NCBI GenBank assembly: GCA_020184695.1
Contig: JAANOX010000047.1
Span: forward strand, 1-64,000
Direction of reading: 5' to 3'
DNA from: Histomonas meleagridis 2922-C6/04-290x
Taxonomy: Eukaryota; Protista; Parabasalia
Length of the DNA: 64,000 nucleotides
Shown here: positions 35,335 to 48,100 of the stretch, piece by piece
Layout of the letters: every line of letters begins with the position of its first letter
Position numbering within the stretch: the stretch's first letter is position 1
Notes under the pieces: generated by a model
The model's input: only the letters and a program-made list of their open reading frames with translations
The model's database searches: none
Told to the model about the DNA's origin: nothing
Translations under genes and position numbers: made by a program

Positions 35335-35850
35335 TAAAATGTTAGACATTCAACAACGAAGTGTTATCTGATTTTTTTACCTTAAAGGGGAATCAAACCA
35401 ATTTATTGCAGATAGTTTGAGAGAGGTATATGGGTTTGATGCATATGCATATTTCGATCGAAAAAGTAAAATATTGGACTCGCCAATTTAAACTTGGTAG
35501 GAGGAATGTTGATAACAATAAATCAACAGGTAAACCTCCATTAGATTATATAGATGCCAATATTTTGAAAGTTCTTACAGATTACCCATTTTCATCAGTA
35601 ATGTCAAAGGCATAAGCATATAAAGAACCAAGATCAACAATATATGATCATCAACAGAAGAAAGCTTAGATATAAAAAATTACTCATTAAAGTGGATACC
35701 TCATGAACTGACATGTGCGATGAAACAAAAAAGGAATGATGAAGCAACCGATTCACTTAATGTCCTAATGACCGAATCTTTTAATGATTTTGATTTTGTT
35801 ATTACAAGTGATGAATCTTGGTCCTATCGTAAAAATCCGATACATTCAAT
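35335..35850 (+). mobile_element. Diverged mariner transposase N-terminal fragment
   Basis: KVKYWTRQFKLGRRNV...GKPPLDYID..I, KWIPHELT and VITSDESW; homologous to the 6603-7888 element. Confidence 0.75.
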
Positions 35851-35859
35851 TTTTCTCAA

Positions 35860-36620
35860 ACCTGGGTGCTTATTTACCATTTACCCATTATCTGATATTG
35901 AAATTGAAGACTTGAACTCAATTTGCAATTTAGGATCAAGATCTTCACTAGTGAGGACAATAGAAAAATTATCTCTATTAACTCGGCAAAAAATAAAATC
36001 AATACTGGAAAATGCTACAATCATATCTCTAGCTGAAGACGAAAGGCAGGATAGAATGAAAAGACGATATCTTGGTGTAACAGCAACAGCTACAATAGAT
36101 ATAGAATTTTAAGTTTAGCACACCGACCTATGATACAAGAGCATTGTACATCAGAAGTAATTAGAAAGCATTTAATGGAAATATTAGTTGTATATAGCAT
36201 ATCTGAAACACATAAAATGTGCTGTTACTGATGAAGGTGGTGCAGTCTATGCAGCATTTAACGATGAGCAAAATAACATCAATAATTTAAATTTCACTAG
36301 ATTTCCATGTATTTGCCATCAACTTATATGCAAAAACATTTAATACTGTCATGAAAAATGACTATGATGAATTTTTTTATCTTTTTTATATTCATCCTTG
36401 CTTTTTCATACGTATCATAAATTTATTTGATACTCCTTGTTTTATTGCTTATTTGGAGAATGTTAATAGTAGTATCAAAGAAATTGCAAGTTACACGAAA
36501 ATCTGATGGTCTTCTCTATACGATATGGTCAGTGATATTGGCTTTAAATTTCTTCCTCCTATAAAGCAAACAGAACTCACTCAATTGCAAATTAGCCGTT
36601 AACAATTTGGATATACTCTT
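35860..36620 (+). mobile_element. hAT transposase remnant
   Basis: ISLAEDERQDRMKRRYLGVT, CAVTDEGGAV and RFPCICHQL resemble the hAT catalytic D, the VTD motif and the CxxH motif. Confidence 0.6.
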
Positions 36621-36859
36621 CACAATCATAATATTGATTTTCCTAAAATTTTATTCTCAGATTAATCAAAAATGTCTCTATTTCCTGACAACAAAAATCT
36701 ATGGAGGAAAGAAAATTCAAAAAATCAAAATTTATACCTGAAACAAAAAAAATTTATTCAATCTATTCTGATTTTTTAGGTAATTGGAATGAATTATCAA
36801 TAAAAACTTGTTATTTCGAATATTAGTATTGATTCTGAGTAATATTGTTATAATTTAAT

Positions 36860-37200
36860 CCAAAGTGGTGTTTTTTAAATATTCTGGAACAGATAATAAA
36901 TTAATTTTGCAACAAGATGGAGTTACCTGTCATACATACAAACTTTAATTTGGTTAAAAAAACGAATAAATATTCTTAATCACTGTCCATCTAATTCCCC
37001 AGATTTATCCCCAATTAAAAATGTGTGGGGAATGATGGATAATTACATCAAACAATAGAATTCACAAATAAAAAAACAACTTGAGGATTTTTGCAAAAAA
37101 ATTTTGGGGTAATGGATTAAAAATAGTTATTTATAACAAATTATGTAATGGTTTTATTATTATAATTAATGAGATGCTATATATTGAAGGTCAAAATATC
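36860..37200 (+). mobile_element. Tc1-family transposase remnant
   Basis: LQQDGVTCHT ... CPSNSPDLSPIKNVWGMM at ~36908-37035. Confidence 0.75.
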
Positions 37201-38120
37201 AATGAATTTTTTCGGAATAACATGAAAGATGAAAAGACTGATTTAACTACATACCCGAATAAGCCATAAGAAATTGAGGTATATGATAATATTATTTTAT
37301 GGATAAATATTGATTTGCATGACCAACAAAATTTCATCCAGAACTGAGACGTATCTCAGAGACATCTCAGTCGCCATCAAGAAAAGGTCCTTGGTCCCAA
37401 GAAGAAGACGAAAAACTACACCAGTTTATTTTGCGATATGGAAATAATTAGCAATTAGTACCACTTATGTTTGGTTATGCGAGAACTTCTGGTTGACTAA
37501 GATATCGTTGGAAAGTCTTTATTATGAAGAAATTGAACGGAGATTAATTTGATGATCGGCTAAATATATTCTGTATGTAAGATGTAGTATCGGCTGATGA
37601 ATGTTCGTTTTTTTGTATAGTTTACGTGTTAAATGAACGGCATACATTTGAAAGTATTGAAATAATGAGGTTAAAATTTCAAAGGATATCGTTTCAATCG
37701 CACTACGACTTATTTGATACCAGTTTATTTCATATAATTTGAATGATGAATATCATCATATTTTTCACGACTTTTTGGTAGAAAATCATTCAAAAAGTGG
37801 AAAGTCTCACAACTTTTTGTGTAAAATCGAAAAAATTGAAAGAAGAGAAAAATTCAACAAAAATTTATTGTCACACAACAAGAAATTCAGAGAAAATTCA
37901 TATCCAATTTGTATTTGCTTGATTCGTATTTAAGGATTTTCGAAAAAAAAAAAAATTGTGAAAAAAGTGGTGATTTTTAGGTAATACTCGGTTTACATCG
38001 AAAAACTGTTACGTTTCAAAAAACCGTTAAGTTTCGCAAAAGGTCTTTAATCGAAAAAACTAACTATTTGAGTGATTTACTCGTGAAACAAAAACTCAAA
38101 ATTTTGAATGGAATTTTACA

Positions 38121-38815
38121 TTAATTATACAAAAAATGCATTGAAGATATTACTTTTTTTGTTAACTTTTGGTTTATTAAAACTAGATTTTGTTGATGTG
38201 CCACTTTAAGTGGATGCTCTGAAATATAAAAATTATCAATAATTATACATATTCTACATAATTGATGGAAACGATTTAGATCGATCACCTCTATACTGTT
38301 GTCCCAAGACTTCAAAATTCGATTTTAGTCTACCAAAATAGTTTTCCACTATTACACGATCTCTTTCGATCCGTGTGTTGGTAGCTATTTCTTCTTCCCT
38401 TTGGCTTTTTTATAGTGACGATAGCCTCCTAGTACCCCTGTGAGTTCAAATTAGTATACCCTATATCGAAAAGTACTTGAAAATGACGTACAATTTGTGT
38501 TCTGTTTTGCATTGTCATGTGCACAGACAAGAACCTCTCAAGCCACATGACGATGCTATCCTTGAATGCTTTAAAATCATGAACTGAACCCGGGATCCCG
38601 ACAGAAAAAAGTGTACAGAGACCGTTAGGACGAACGAGAGCTTGTATTTTCACTCCACACATGCCATGTTTAAAGGACCAATTACGTTTTTGGTCTTCTT
38701 TTGACTTAGGCTTGTTAATAATTATGAAGGTGGTGTCAATAGCACCAACAGCATTAGGGAAGTTTTGAAAATGAAGTTCATCTGGGGTTAGTTGGATAAG
38801 CATAAAGGTCGCACG
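38121..38815 (-). mobile_element. PIF/Harbinger-type (DDE_Tnp_4) transposase remnant
   Basis: GAIDTTFIIINKP, WSFKHGMCGVKIQ, GIPGSVHD, LFDIGY; premature stop at 38429. Confidence 0.8.
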
Positions 38816-38904
38816 ATTCTATGTATCGTTAAATGTATCGTCGTATATACTAGCAGCGATTTTTTAATATTGAAAATTTGACCAATTAAATTGAATTTTG
38901 ATCT

Positions 38905-39781
38905 TGATGCAAGAGATATTATATATAGCAATAAAATGTCAAAATAAACCATTCATATTGTCATTTTTTTGAATGTATATCATTTTTATGGAACTCGAAC
39001 AAAGAGCAGTAATCTTTCTTCTCAAAAGAAAAGGCCTTAAACTCAGCCAAATTAAACAGGAATTGGATGATGTTTATCACCAAGATACACTTGACATCAA
39101 TTCAGTGAAATATTGGATACATCAATTTTAGTTAGGGAGATTTGAGATAACACATATAAAAAGTCCTGGAATACCAGTTCTAGATTTTATTGATACAAAA
39201 ATTATGCCTGCACTGGAAATGGAGCCATTTCATTCTACATACACATTAAGTGAAACTTTTTCTTTTCCAAGATCCACTATAAATGATCACCTTAAAAAAC
39301 TAGGCTTCCAAAGCTATAGTTTAAGAGTGGTTCCTTACGAATTGACATGTGAAATGATAGCAGTAAGGGTTCAAAAAGCAATCGAACTTCTTGATATTTC
39401 AAAAACAAATAAGAGGAGGGGTTTTCATAATATCATAACTGGGGATAAATCCTGGTTTTCCTTATCATGATCACAAGCATATGTGGTCTCTATCAAGAGA
39501 GAATTTACCTGAAATAATTGATACAATAATACATGGTAACTATCTTTTGGTATATTGATAAATTCTTCATGATTGATTTAATGAAAGAAAAATTTAACTC
39601 AAAGTATTTTATCGATAATATGATTAAGCCATTAAAAGAAATTGTATACTTATATTAGAAAAACCCCTAAGATAATCCTTATACTTTACATCATGATAAT
39701 GCACTCCCCCACACCTCAAATGCTTCTACCAAATTCTTGGTTGACAATGGTTTTGTAAAAAATTCACAGCCACCATATTCA
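38905..39781 (+). mobile_element. Second copy of the mariner family at 6603-7888, truncated at both ends
   Basis: Clear nucleotide similarity (atggaactcgaacaaagagcagtaat at 38988, ataactggggataaatcctgg, catgataatgca, cagccaccatattc). It breaks off at 39781 and has no TIR. Confidence 0.9.
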
Positions 39782-40603
39782 AGTTTTGATGATATTTATA
39801 ATTTAAAACCGTTATTCATTCAATTTATCTGAAAAAGTTGGATTATTTCGAAAAAACTATTTTGAGTCCATGTTTTTTTGATTTTCATCTGCTTTTCGTA
39901 ATTAAGCGGTTTTTCGATTTTCAGCGTGTTTTAGATAAAAGTGTTCTTTTTTTGATATAAATCATTTTTTTGTAAATCGTCTATTTTTCGTCAAAAATTA
40001 TTTGTATGAAATTGAAAAATGTCAATAAGCACTCATTATTATAAATTAATTTTTAGTGATTTTTAGTGAATTTTAATGATTTTTATTCACACAATATGAT
40101 ATATTTATTCATGCATAACATATTCATGTCTAATGTTGTGTATAACATATGTATTTATAACATATTTTGATCACATGTATAACATATTTCAATCAAATAT
40201 ATAATATCTTGTATTTCACATTAAAGTGTAATGCATATCAAAAAATATTAAAGTGGATAATATATTAAAATGAAGAATATATTATGAATATATAATTTGA
40301 TTTTAATAACCACAAATTATGAAAATGTTATACGTGAATATGTTAAATTTGAATACTATATCTTCATAAAGGTTATGCCTCCTAATTCAATCATTATGGA
40401 GAATTTGAAAGAGGTGTAATTTTTATTCAAAAATTGGCTTTCGATTTGTTTTCTGAGACGTGATTTTAATTTTCTTTCATTTTGAATAATTTACAATTTT
40501 CGTCATGTTTTTTTTGAATAAAAATTAAATTCGGCTGAGATGGTGTGGAATGAATGTTGTAATATTTCATTTTTCGCTTATTGATTTTCATTGTTTTATG
40601 TCA

Positions 40604-40767
40604 ATTCTCATCTATATGTGTCTATTTTCACTAACTGTATTCGTTCTCGCTTATATGTGTTCATTTCATTGTCTTATGTGATTCTCACTTATATGTGCTA
40701 ATTCTTATTAATTTTTTAATATATATGTTTATTCTCACTTATATGTGCTTATTCTCACCCAAATGTG
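40604..40767 (+). repeat. Degenerate ~20-bp-period tandem repeat, consensus attctcacttatatgtg
   Basis: Units at 40604, 40624, 40643, (40663), 40681, (40701), 40731 and 40751; the 40681 and 40731 units are identical 17-mers. Confidence 0.8.
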
Positions 40768-41807
40768 TTTCTTTTCATTATTTTACGTACCAACATTGCT
40801 CAAATCATTCAAATATAATTTGGCAAATATATAATTTGAACGACTTTCATTTGATATAGATAATACATAGTGAACATGGGGTTTAGTTAAAAATGAATTC
40901 AAACTTATTCTAATTACAGAAATGGATCTCATATGATTGATCAGATCCATCAAGTTTACAAATCAATGTTTACATTATTATTTCAATGAGCAATTAATTT
41001 AATTATTTCCATCCAACCTTTACATATAATCGTATATTTTTTTCTTTTTATTTTTATTGCTCTGAGCGTTGTAAAAATTAAATTTTATAAAATTTTAAAC
41101 TAATAAAAAATAATTAATATGTAGAACATGACAATTCATAAAAATTTATATGCGAAGCTATTGATATTATTGGTCAATATATAAAATATTAATTAAGTCA
41201 AAAATGAATTTTAATGTAACATTGATATAAAATTTGTGTTGTAATACAGAGATGATTAAATATTTCACAATATCTTAATTCTTCACATTATTTTTTTCAC
41301 TTCACCAAAATTTCAATTATTCATAAAAATTCATGCAAAAAATATTTTTATTTAACAATCACATTTTTTTAAATAACAAATCATATATTTTCATTCATAA
41401 ATAAATAAAGACCACCGCCACTTCATATAAAACGTTGCACTAGATTTATTATCGACTAAGTTGATTTTTTCATATATTTTCACTTTTTCTCAAAATTTTT
41501 AATGAAAATGATAAAGGATAATAGTTTAGAAAATAAACACATCTAATATGCAACTTTAATATATAGGAAATAATCCAAAATTCCATAAAAAGTATGGTCG
41601 AAATCAGATCGAATTTCGAAAGATTGTACAGTGGAAATTTCGAAAAGAGGGTATTTTTGTAATCTCCTCCCAATGTTATCCTTAACATAAAATTATCGTT
41701 GAAAAAATATTGCAGGATTTTGAGTTTTAGTACCTCTTTTAAAACGTTAAATTGCAATCCCACCCGAATTTGAATTGAATGAAATATGATCGTTATGTCA
41801 TAATTGG

Positions 41808-41812
41808 TCATT
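41808..41812 (+). promoter_or_regulatory. Trichomonad initiator-like element (TCATT)
   Basis: TCATT ends 7 nt before the ATG at 41820. The same motif lies at 50491-50495 before the RasGEF ATG. The motif is short and could occur by chance. Confidence 0.45.
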
Positions 41813-41819
41813 GAAGTAA

Positions 41820-44711
41820 ATGGATAAGGGGCATCAATGCAACAACGCATTTGAACTTATAGAAGAACAAGAGTTTTCAAACCTTAATTTAACTGCTTTA
41901 ATTTACAAACATAAGAAACACAATTCACCTTTTATTTTTCTCAAAACCACAGATGAGCATAGTTTTTTCTCAGTTACATTTAAAACGCCGCCTAAAGATG
42001 ACTCAGGAATGTCGCACATGTTAGAACATTTGACACTAAATGGGAGCCAAAAATATCCAATTAACAATATATTCTTTGAAATGGGAAAAAGATCATTTTC
42101 TACATTTGTAAATGCGTTCACATCAAAAGAATGGACAGGGTACCCATTTTCTACAATTAACAAAACCGATTTTTTCAATCTTTTAGATGTTTATCTTGAT
42201 GCTTGTTTTCATCCTTTACTTGAAGAAAACAACTACTTGAGTGAATGTCATAGAATAGAATTCGAAGATAATGATCCAAACAAACCTTTGACATATAATG
42301 GAGTTGTATATAACGAAATGGTTGGAAGTTTCAGTGAACCTCGTTATTACTTCCAGCAAGTTCTTTCTAGTAATTTATATCCTAACACATGTTGTCGTCA
42401 TTGTTCTGGCGGAAAACCATCAGCAATTGTAAAATCAACACTTGAAGATTTACGTGAACATCACAAAGCTTACTACCATCCATCTAATGCCCTCTTTTAT
42501 TATTACGGTAATATTGATATTGATGAAGTTCTTTCAAAGGTTGATAGTGTCATATCAGAAATAAACGTTCGCGACGTAACTTTTCAGAAGGAAACGTTTG
42601 AACAACCGAAATGGGACACCCCGAAAAAGGTTGTTTTCGAAGGTCCGAAAGATCAACTTGCACAAGATCCTAATAAACAATATCGTGCAGTTGTAGGTTG
42701 GATTGGTCCTGATGTTTCCGATATTGAAAAATGTGATGATTTTGATTTCTTATCTGATCTTCTTACATCATCTGCAAATTCACCACTTTATAAGGCACTC
42801 ATCAAGACTAACATTGGTACTAATTATGCTGGTTCTGGATATTCTGATGCCCAAAAAACAACATCTTTCACAATTGGTGTTCAAGGCGCAACAGAAGAAA
42901 ATGCTGAAAAGGTTTGTGACATTGTTATGGATACACTTAAAACAGTTTATGAGGAAGGCTTTGATAAAGAAAGAGTAGATGCACTTATTCATACAAATGA
43001 AATTGAAAGCCGTGTTATATCTGCAGAAACGGGCCAAACTCTTTGGCTGAACAATCTTAGTCAAACCTTACATGGTAATAGTATTTTAAACTATCTTGAT
43101 CTTGATAAACGTATCAACAGATTCCGTCAAAACATTAAAGATAATCCCAGATATTATGAAGAATTCATGAAACGTGAACTTATCGACAACAATTCTCGTG
43201 TTTTTGTCATCATGAAACCAATTGATAATTTCTTTGATTCCGAAAATGAGCGTGTCAAAACTGAACTCCAAACCATCAAAGAGTCTCTAGATGAAAAACA
43301 AAAGCAAGAACTTGTTGATCAGATCAAACATATGAATGAAGTAATTTCCCAACATCCAAATGTTGATATACTTCCATGTATTACACGTTCTGATCTTGAT
43401 GAACAATGTAAATATAATGAGCTTGATTCATTTGAAGATAATGTTGCGGTGTTAACGGTCCCCCTTAACGGTCTCGTATATTTACAATTTAATTTTGAAA
43501 TACATTTTGGACATGAACTTATTTCATATCTTCCAATACTTGCTCATATTATTGATTTAGTTGGTGCGGCCAATTATAATGAAGAAGAACTTCCATTATT
43601 CCTTAAGAAGTATACATCAGGAATTAATGTTCATTTAAATAGTGATACATCTATTGATGATCCTAATGCATCATTTGGAGTAATCACAATGACGTCATAT
43701 TGTTTAGAGAAAGATTATCTTAAAATGCTTGAAGCATTTAAAATTATTATTGAAAGTCCACATCTTGATAATGTCCCACGAATTAAAACGCTCATTAACA
43801 AATATTATTCATACCTTACACAGTCATCATTACGACGTGGCGATGGATTAATTTCGAAGTTATTATGTTCAAGCCTTAGTAACAAAGCAGCGTTAGATGA
43901 ACTATGGCGTGGATCGACATTTATCAAATTATTATCGAACATAATAAAAGAAGATGATTGGGAAGGACTCAGTAAGAAATTACAACGAATTCATAAGGAA
44001 ATATTCCGAAGGTCATATTGCAAAGCGTTTATTCATGCGACGAAAGTAAATTCCGAAATTTTGGATCCATTAAAAGAAATGGTCAACGAAATGAACAAAA
44101 ATGAAAACGTTGAACGAAGTCAATTAATTGATCGAAATATTTTTTCGAATAATGATAAAATATTTGTACAAGTCCAAACTTCGACAAGTTTCACTGGAAG
44201 CGCGTTTCCAATTGTCTGTTATTCTGATCCAGAATCATCGATATATTCCATTTTATGTTTGATATTGAAGAACGAATTCTTGAATCAAATGATTCGAGTA
44301 GAAATCGGCGCTTATGGACAATATGCTTCTTATTTATCGATGTCCGGAATTATATCATTGACATCGTATAGAGATTCGAATCCTTTGTTAGTTTTAAATG
44401 CGTTTAAGAAGGCTTTGGGTTTAATAGCTGACGGTAAAATTGACGACGAAATGGTCGAAAGAGCTGTGATAAGAAGATTTAGCGTGTTGGATACGCCATT
44501 AGCGCCGAAAGAAAAAGGCTTCACTGCATACGAAGGAAAGACAAAGGAAAAGGTGCAAAAAAGAAGAAGCGCGTGCTTGAATTGTACAAAGGAAATGATA
44601 ATAAGTTTGGCAAAGAAAATAATGGAAAAGAATTGGAAAATTGGCATCTTGTCAAACGATAAAATTTGTAAGCCACCTGAAGGATTTAAGGTGGTGAGGA
44701 TTACGGAGTAA
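41820..44711 (+). CDS. M16C metallopeptidase (presequence protease PreP/Cym1/falcilysin family)
   Basis: Inverted zinc motif HMLEH, NAFT, GVVYNEM, LPCITRSDL, IRVEIGAYG and SYRDSNP; 963 aa. Confidence 0.92.
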   Translation: MDKGHQCNNAFELIEEQEFSNLNLTALIYKHKKHNSPFIFLKTTDEHSFFSVTFKTPPKDDSGMSHMLEHLTLNGSQKYPINNIFFEMGKRSFSTFVNAFTSKEWTGYPFSTINKTDFFNLLDVYLDACFHPLLEENNYLSECHRIEFEDNDPNKPLTYNGVVYNEMVGSFSEPRYYFQQVLSSNLYPNTCCRHCSGGKPSAIVKSTLEDLREHHKAYYHPSNALFYYYGNIDIDEVLSKVDSVISEINVRDVTFQKETFEQPKWDTPKKVVFEGPKDQLAQDPNKQYRAVVGWIGPDVSDIEKCDDFDFLSDLLTSSANSPLYKALIKTNIGTNYAGSGYSDAQKTTSFTIGVQGATEENAEKVCDIVMDTLKTVYEEGFDKERVDALIHTNEIESRVISAETGQTLWLNNLSQTLHGNSILNYLDLDKRINRFRQNIKDNPRYYEEFMKRELIDNNSRVFVIMKPIDNFFDSENERVKTELQTIKESLDEKQKQELVDQIKHMNEVISQHPNVDILPCITRSDLDEQCKYNELDSFEDNVAVLTVPLNGLVYLQFNFEIHFGHELISYLPILAHIIDLVGAANYNEEELPLFLKKYTSGINVHLNSDTSIDDPNASFGVITMTSYCLEKDYLKMLEAFKIIIESPHLDNVPRIKTLINKYYSYLTQSSLRRGDGLISKLLCSSLSNKAALDELWRGSTFIKLLSNIIKEDDWEGLSKKLQRIHKEIFRRSYCKAFIHATKVNSEILDPLKEMVNEMNKNENVERSQLIDRNIFSNNDKIFVQVQTSTSFTGSAFPIVCYSDPESSIYSILCLILKNEFLNQMIRVEIGAYGQYASYLSMSGIISLTSYRDSNPLLVLNAFKKALGLIADGKIDDEMVERAVIRRFSVLDTPLAPKEKGFTAYEGKTKEKVQKRRSACLNCTKEMIISLAKKIMEKNWKIGILSNDKICKPPEGFKVVRITE

Positions 44712-45165
44712 ATAAAGAAAGTTAACTCTGGTTCACGTGTTTTGTTATTATGTTTGATAATATTTAAAAATATGTAAATTTTATATCAAATGTTGCCGCC
44801 AACCAAACCATAAATCCTCAGAATTTCACCTTCTGTTGAATACATATGTATTTAAAATATACTATTTATTGATTAAAATTCCTCGTGGATATATATTTTT
44901 TTCTAAATTCTAAGATAAAAGAAGTAATAAAGAAAACATCACTGATATTTTATTCTCAAAAATCCATAAACAGCCGATAGAAAACCCAAAGCAGTAAACT
45001 ATATTATTGTTAATAGAATTCCCTTGAAAAGTAACGAACTAATTCTAATTCCTTATGAATGAACTATGGTAAACTTACTGTAACTTAAAAATATGAATTT
45101 ATTTCCATTTAAACACATTTGCACTATCATTTTATGACAAAAAATATTTCTTAATATCAATAAAT

Positions 45166-48100
45166 TTATTTAACATCTACATCCACAGTGTAAGTTCCAT
45201 CTTCTTCCTTAATAAATTTGAACTCTTTATACTTTTTCACTACTTTATACAGTTCACTATTGATGTGAACTTTCATAGGTTTACCTATCGCTTCCATTCT
45301 CTCCGCCTCGTTCACCGTTTCGCCCCATAGATCGAACACTGGTTTTGATATACCCATAACGCCACCTCTCACAGGCCCTCCGAACGCGATTCCTATTCTT
45401 ACTCTCATATTCACATCCTTACTATTATTTACATTTAATTTTTCATTGACATCTTTCATTCCTCGAATAGAATCAACGCAAAATCGCGTCATTTGTAAAG
45501 CTGAAGATTCTGGTGTTTCATTATTACTTAAGAATATACCAGCGCCAGCCATATAGCAATCGCCGATACATTTAATTTTAGTCACCATTGGATATTTTGT
45601 TAAAATTTCATCGAATTTCATGAACATTAAATTTAAAGCTTTCACAACGAATTCAGGCGAATGAGATGCGCACCAAGGCGTGAACTCGACGACGTCACAG
45701 AACGAAATTGATATTTTAGGTAATGTCATTGATATATGTTCTTCATTTTGTAATAATCTTGAAGCGATTTCCGGTGGTAAAATTTGTTGTAATATTGATA
45801 TATGTTTACTAGTTTCTTCTTCAATAAGATTTTGTTGGCGAACTTCATCACCAATATCTTGAAATATTAAAACGAAATTACGTGATTCACGAATATTAGT
45901 AAACATATGGCCATCATTTTCATCAAATATTGGTGAAATTGTTAATGATGACCAAACTGTTTTATTTTCGAATTTCCCTTCAAGTTTATATTTAATGACA
46001 TTTACTGTATCGAACATGAAATAATCGGAAATTAAATCATCTAAAGTAATAATTGGTAAATCTTTTTCTTCGATTTTATAAAATTCATATTGTAATGAAT
46101 TAAACAAATTTTGACCAATTGATTCTTCTTTTAAGAATTTATTTGCTGATATGTTATTATAAATAATAGTTTTATTTATATTAATAATAATGATTGAATC
46201 AGGTAAATTAGATAATATTGTATCATAATATAAATCGATTTTATCTTGATCTTTATTTTCGATAATTTGATCTTCCGCAAATAATTTTATTGATTCTTTA
46301 GTAAAGTTATCATCATTAAATTGTAACATAAAATCATGAATATATTGAAATGGTTGATCAGCAAAACGTACAAAGATTATTAATGTTATTAAAAATGCTA
46401 TCAACACAATTATATTTATACACATTATTATGATATCTATAAATAATGTTTCAGAATAAGAATCATCAACTAATTCACTTAATTTATCTAAAAGTCCAAT
46501 AAAATATGGAATAAATTCATAAAAATAAAAATTAAATATTCGTGGTAAATATGATATAACTATATGATTTTGATTAAAATTATGTACAACTATTTGTAAC
46601 ATTGACAAAAATTTTAATATTACATTATTTTGAGTTTCATCACCAAATACATCTTTCGTCATTCCTTGACAAAAATATTGGATATCTTCATCAGCATTAT
46701 TATAAGGTCCATCGTTATACATACAATATTCAGTAATTATCCTTATAACTCTATTCTTTATATATTCATTATCTATATCAGGTAAATAATCATAAAATTC
46801 ATATGTAGTTATTAATTGGAATGCATTAGTTATATTGATGAAATTACTTGAATAAGCTGCATAATATTGTACATTCTTTTCAAGTTGTGTTATTTTAGTT
46901 TCATGTACATAATAATTTGAACATAACGTACCAAATATACAAAATAATAATATTAATAAAACAACAATATAAATTTTACCAAATGTTATAACTTGTGGAT
47001 AAATTTGTTCTTCAGATTTATCATTTTTAACTTGAAGTTTAGATTTTAATTTATCCAAAAAGTCATATACTTCAACTAGTGTAGATTTATTAAAATCTCG
47101 CGTAAGTTTAAAGAATTGTACATTCTTTTTAGCGGATAAATAACCAATCCAAATGAAAAACAAAAATGCTAAAACTAATAATATTACATCTACTGTTAAT
47201 ACGACATAATCTTTAGGTAAAAATCCTTTTAATATATGAACTGATTCAAGTTGTCTACCAAATTTATTAAATGATTCATTTAATATATCATCGATTTCAT
47301 ATAAAATATAACTAAGAGATGTGAAATTAGTATAATTTGCTAAATAAACAGAATCATTAGTCACAAACTCAATTGATACATATATGACTGATATTAAACT
47401 CCAAAAAATCGAATGATCACTATTAGGGAATAATGAAAAATTAACATAAGTATTTTGGAAATAATCTGATAATTGTTTAAATGTTTCTTTATCATGTCCG
47501 ACATCATTACCAAACGCTAAAGCGATATGATTAATTAAGTTTAATATATCGGGATATTTTAATAAAACAAAATCTTTCCAAAGACTTGAATTATAATCTG
47601 AAAAATCTTCAATATGAAAACTTGGAATATTATTCGGTATATCATCAAATGTTTTATTCACATCGAAAAATGCAAAAATATAACTCGAACTTTGCAAAAC
47701 TTCAATTTTCCATGTTAATGACCAAGATAATATTAACTCATGTGATTTATGATATATTTCTTTACAATCAATTATACCTAAAATAGTAAAAGATAAAGGA
47801 AAACATAATAAAATAAAACCAATTAAAAATACATAAGAACGACAAAACTCAAAATGATAAGGGCCATTAGTAGTTAGAGAATTAGTTTTATTTGTCATTA
47901 ATTCATCTACTTTAGTTAAACCATGTTTTAAAGGATTACATAATTTTGGATGTTTAATATTAAATTCTAATTGTGAAGGATAAAAATCATAACAAATAGA
48001 AGTAAAATCAGGTTTTAAATCATGCCAAAATTTAATTTCGGCATAATCATCATTTTTAGGGAACAATTTTTTAAATAATTTTAAATAAGTAGTACTTTCA

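Noticed and set aside
37344-37370. Short palindrome ctgaga-cgta-tctcag with a partial duplicate
   Set aside because: A 6-bp stem is too short to distinguish from chance or local duplication.
40604-40767. CRISPR-like array
   Set aside because: Units abut with no unique spacers, are degenerate, have no cas genes nearby, and the context is eukaryotic.
41470-41850. 126-aa minus-strand ORF overlapping the M16C start
   Set aside because: No motif, overlaps a confident gene's start, and composition is that of intergenic DNA.
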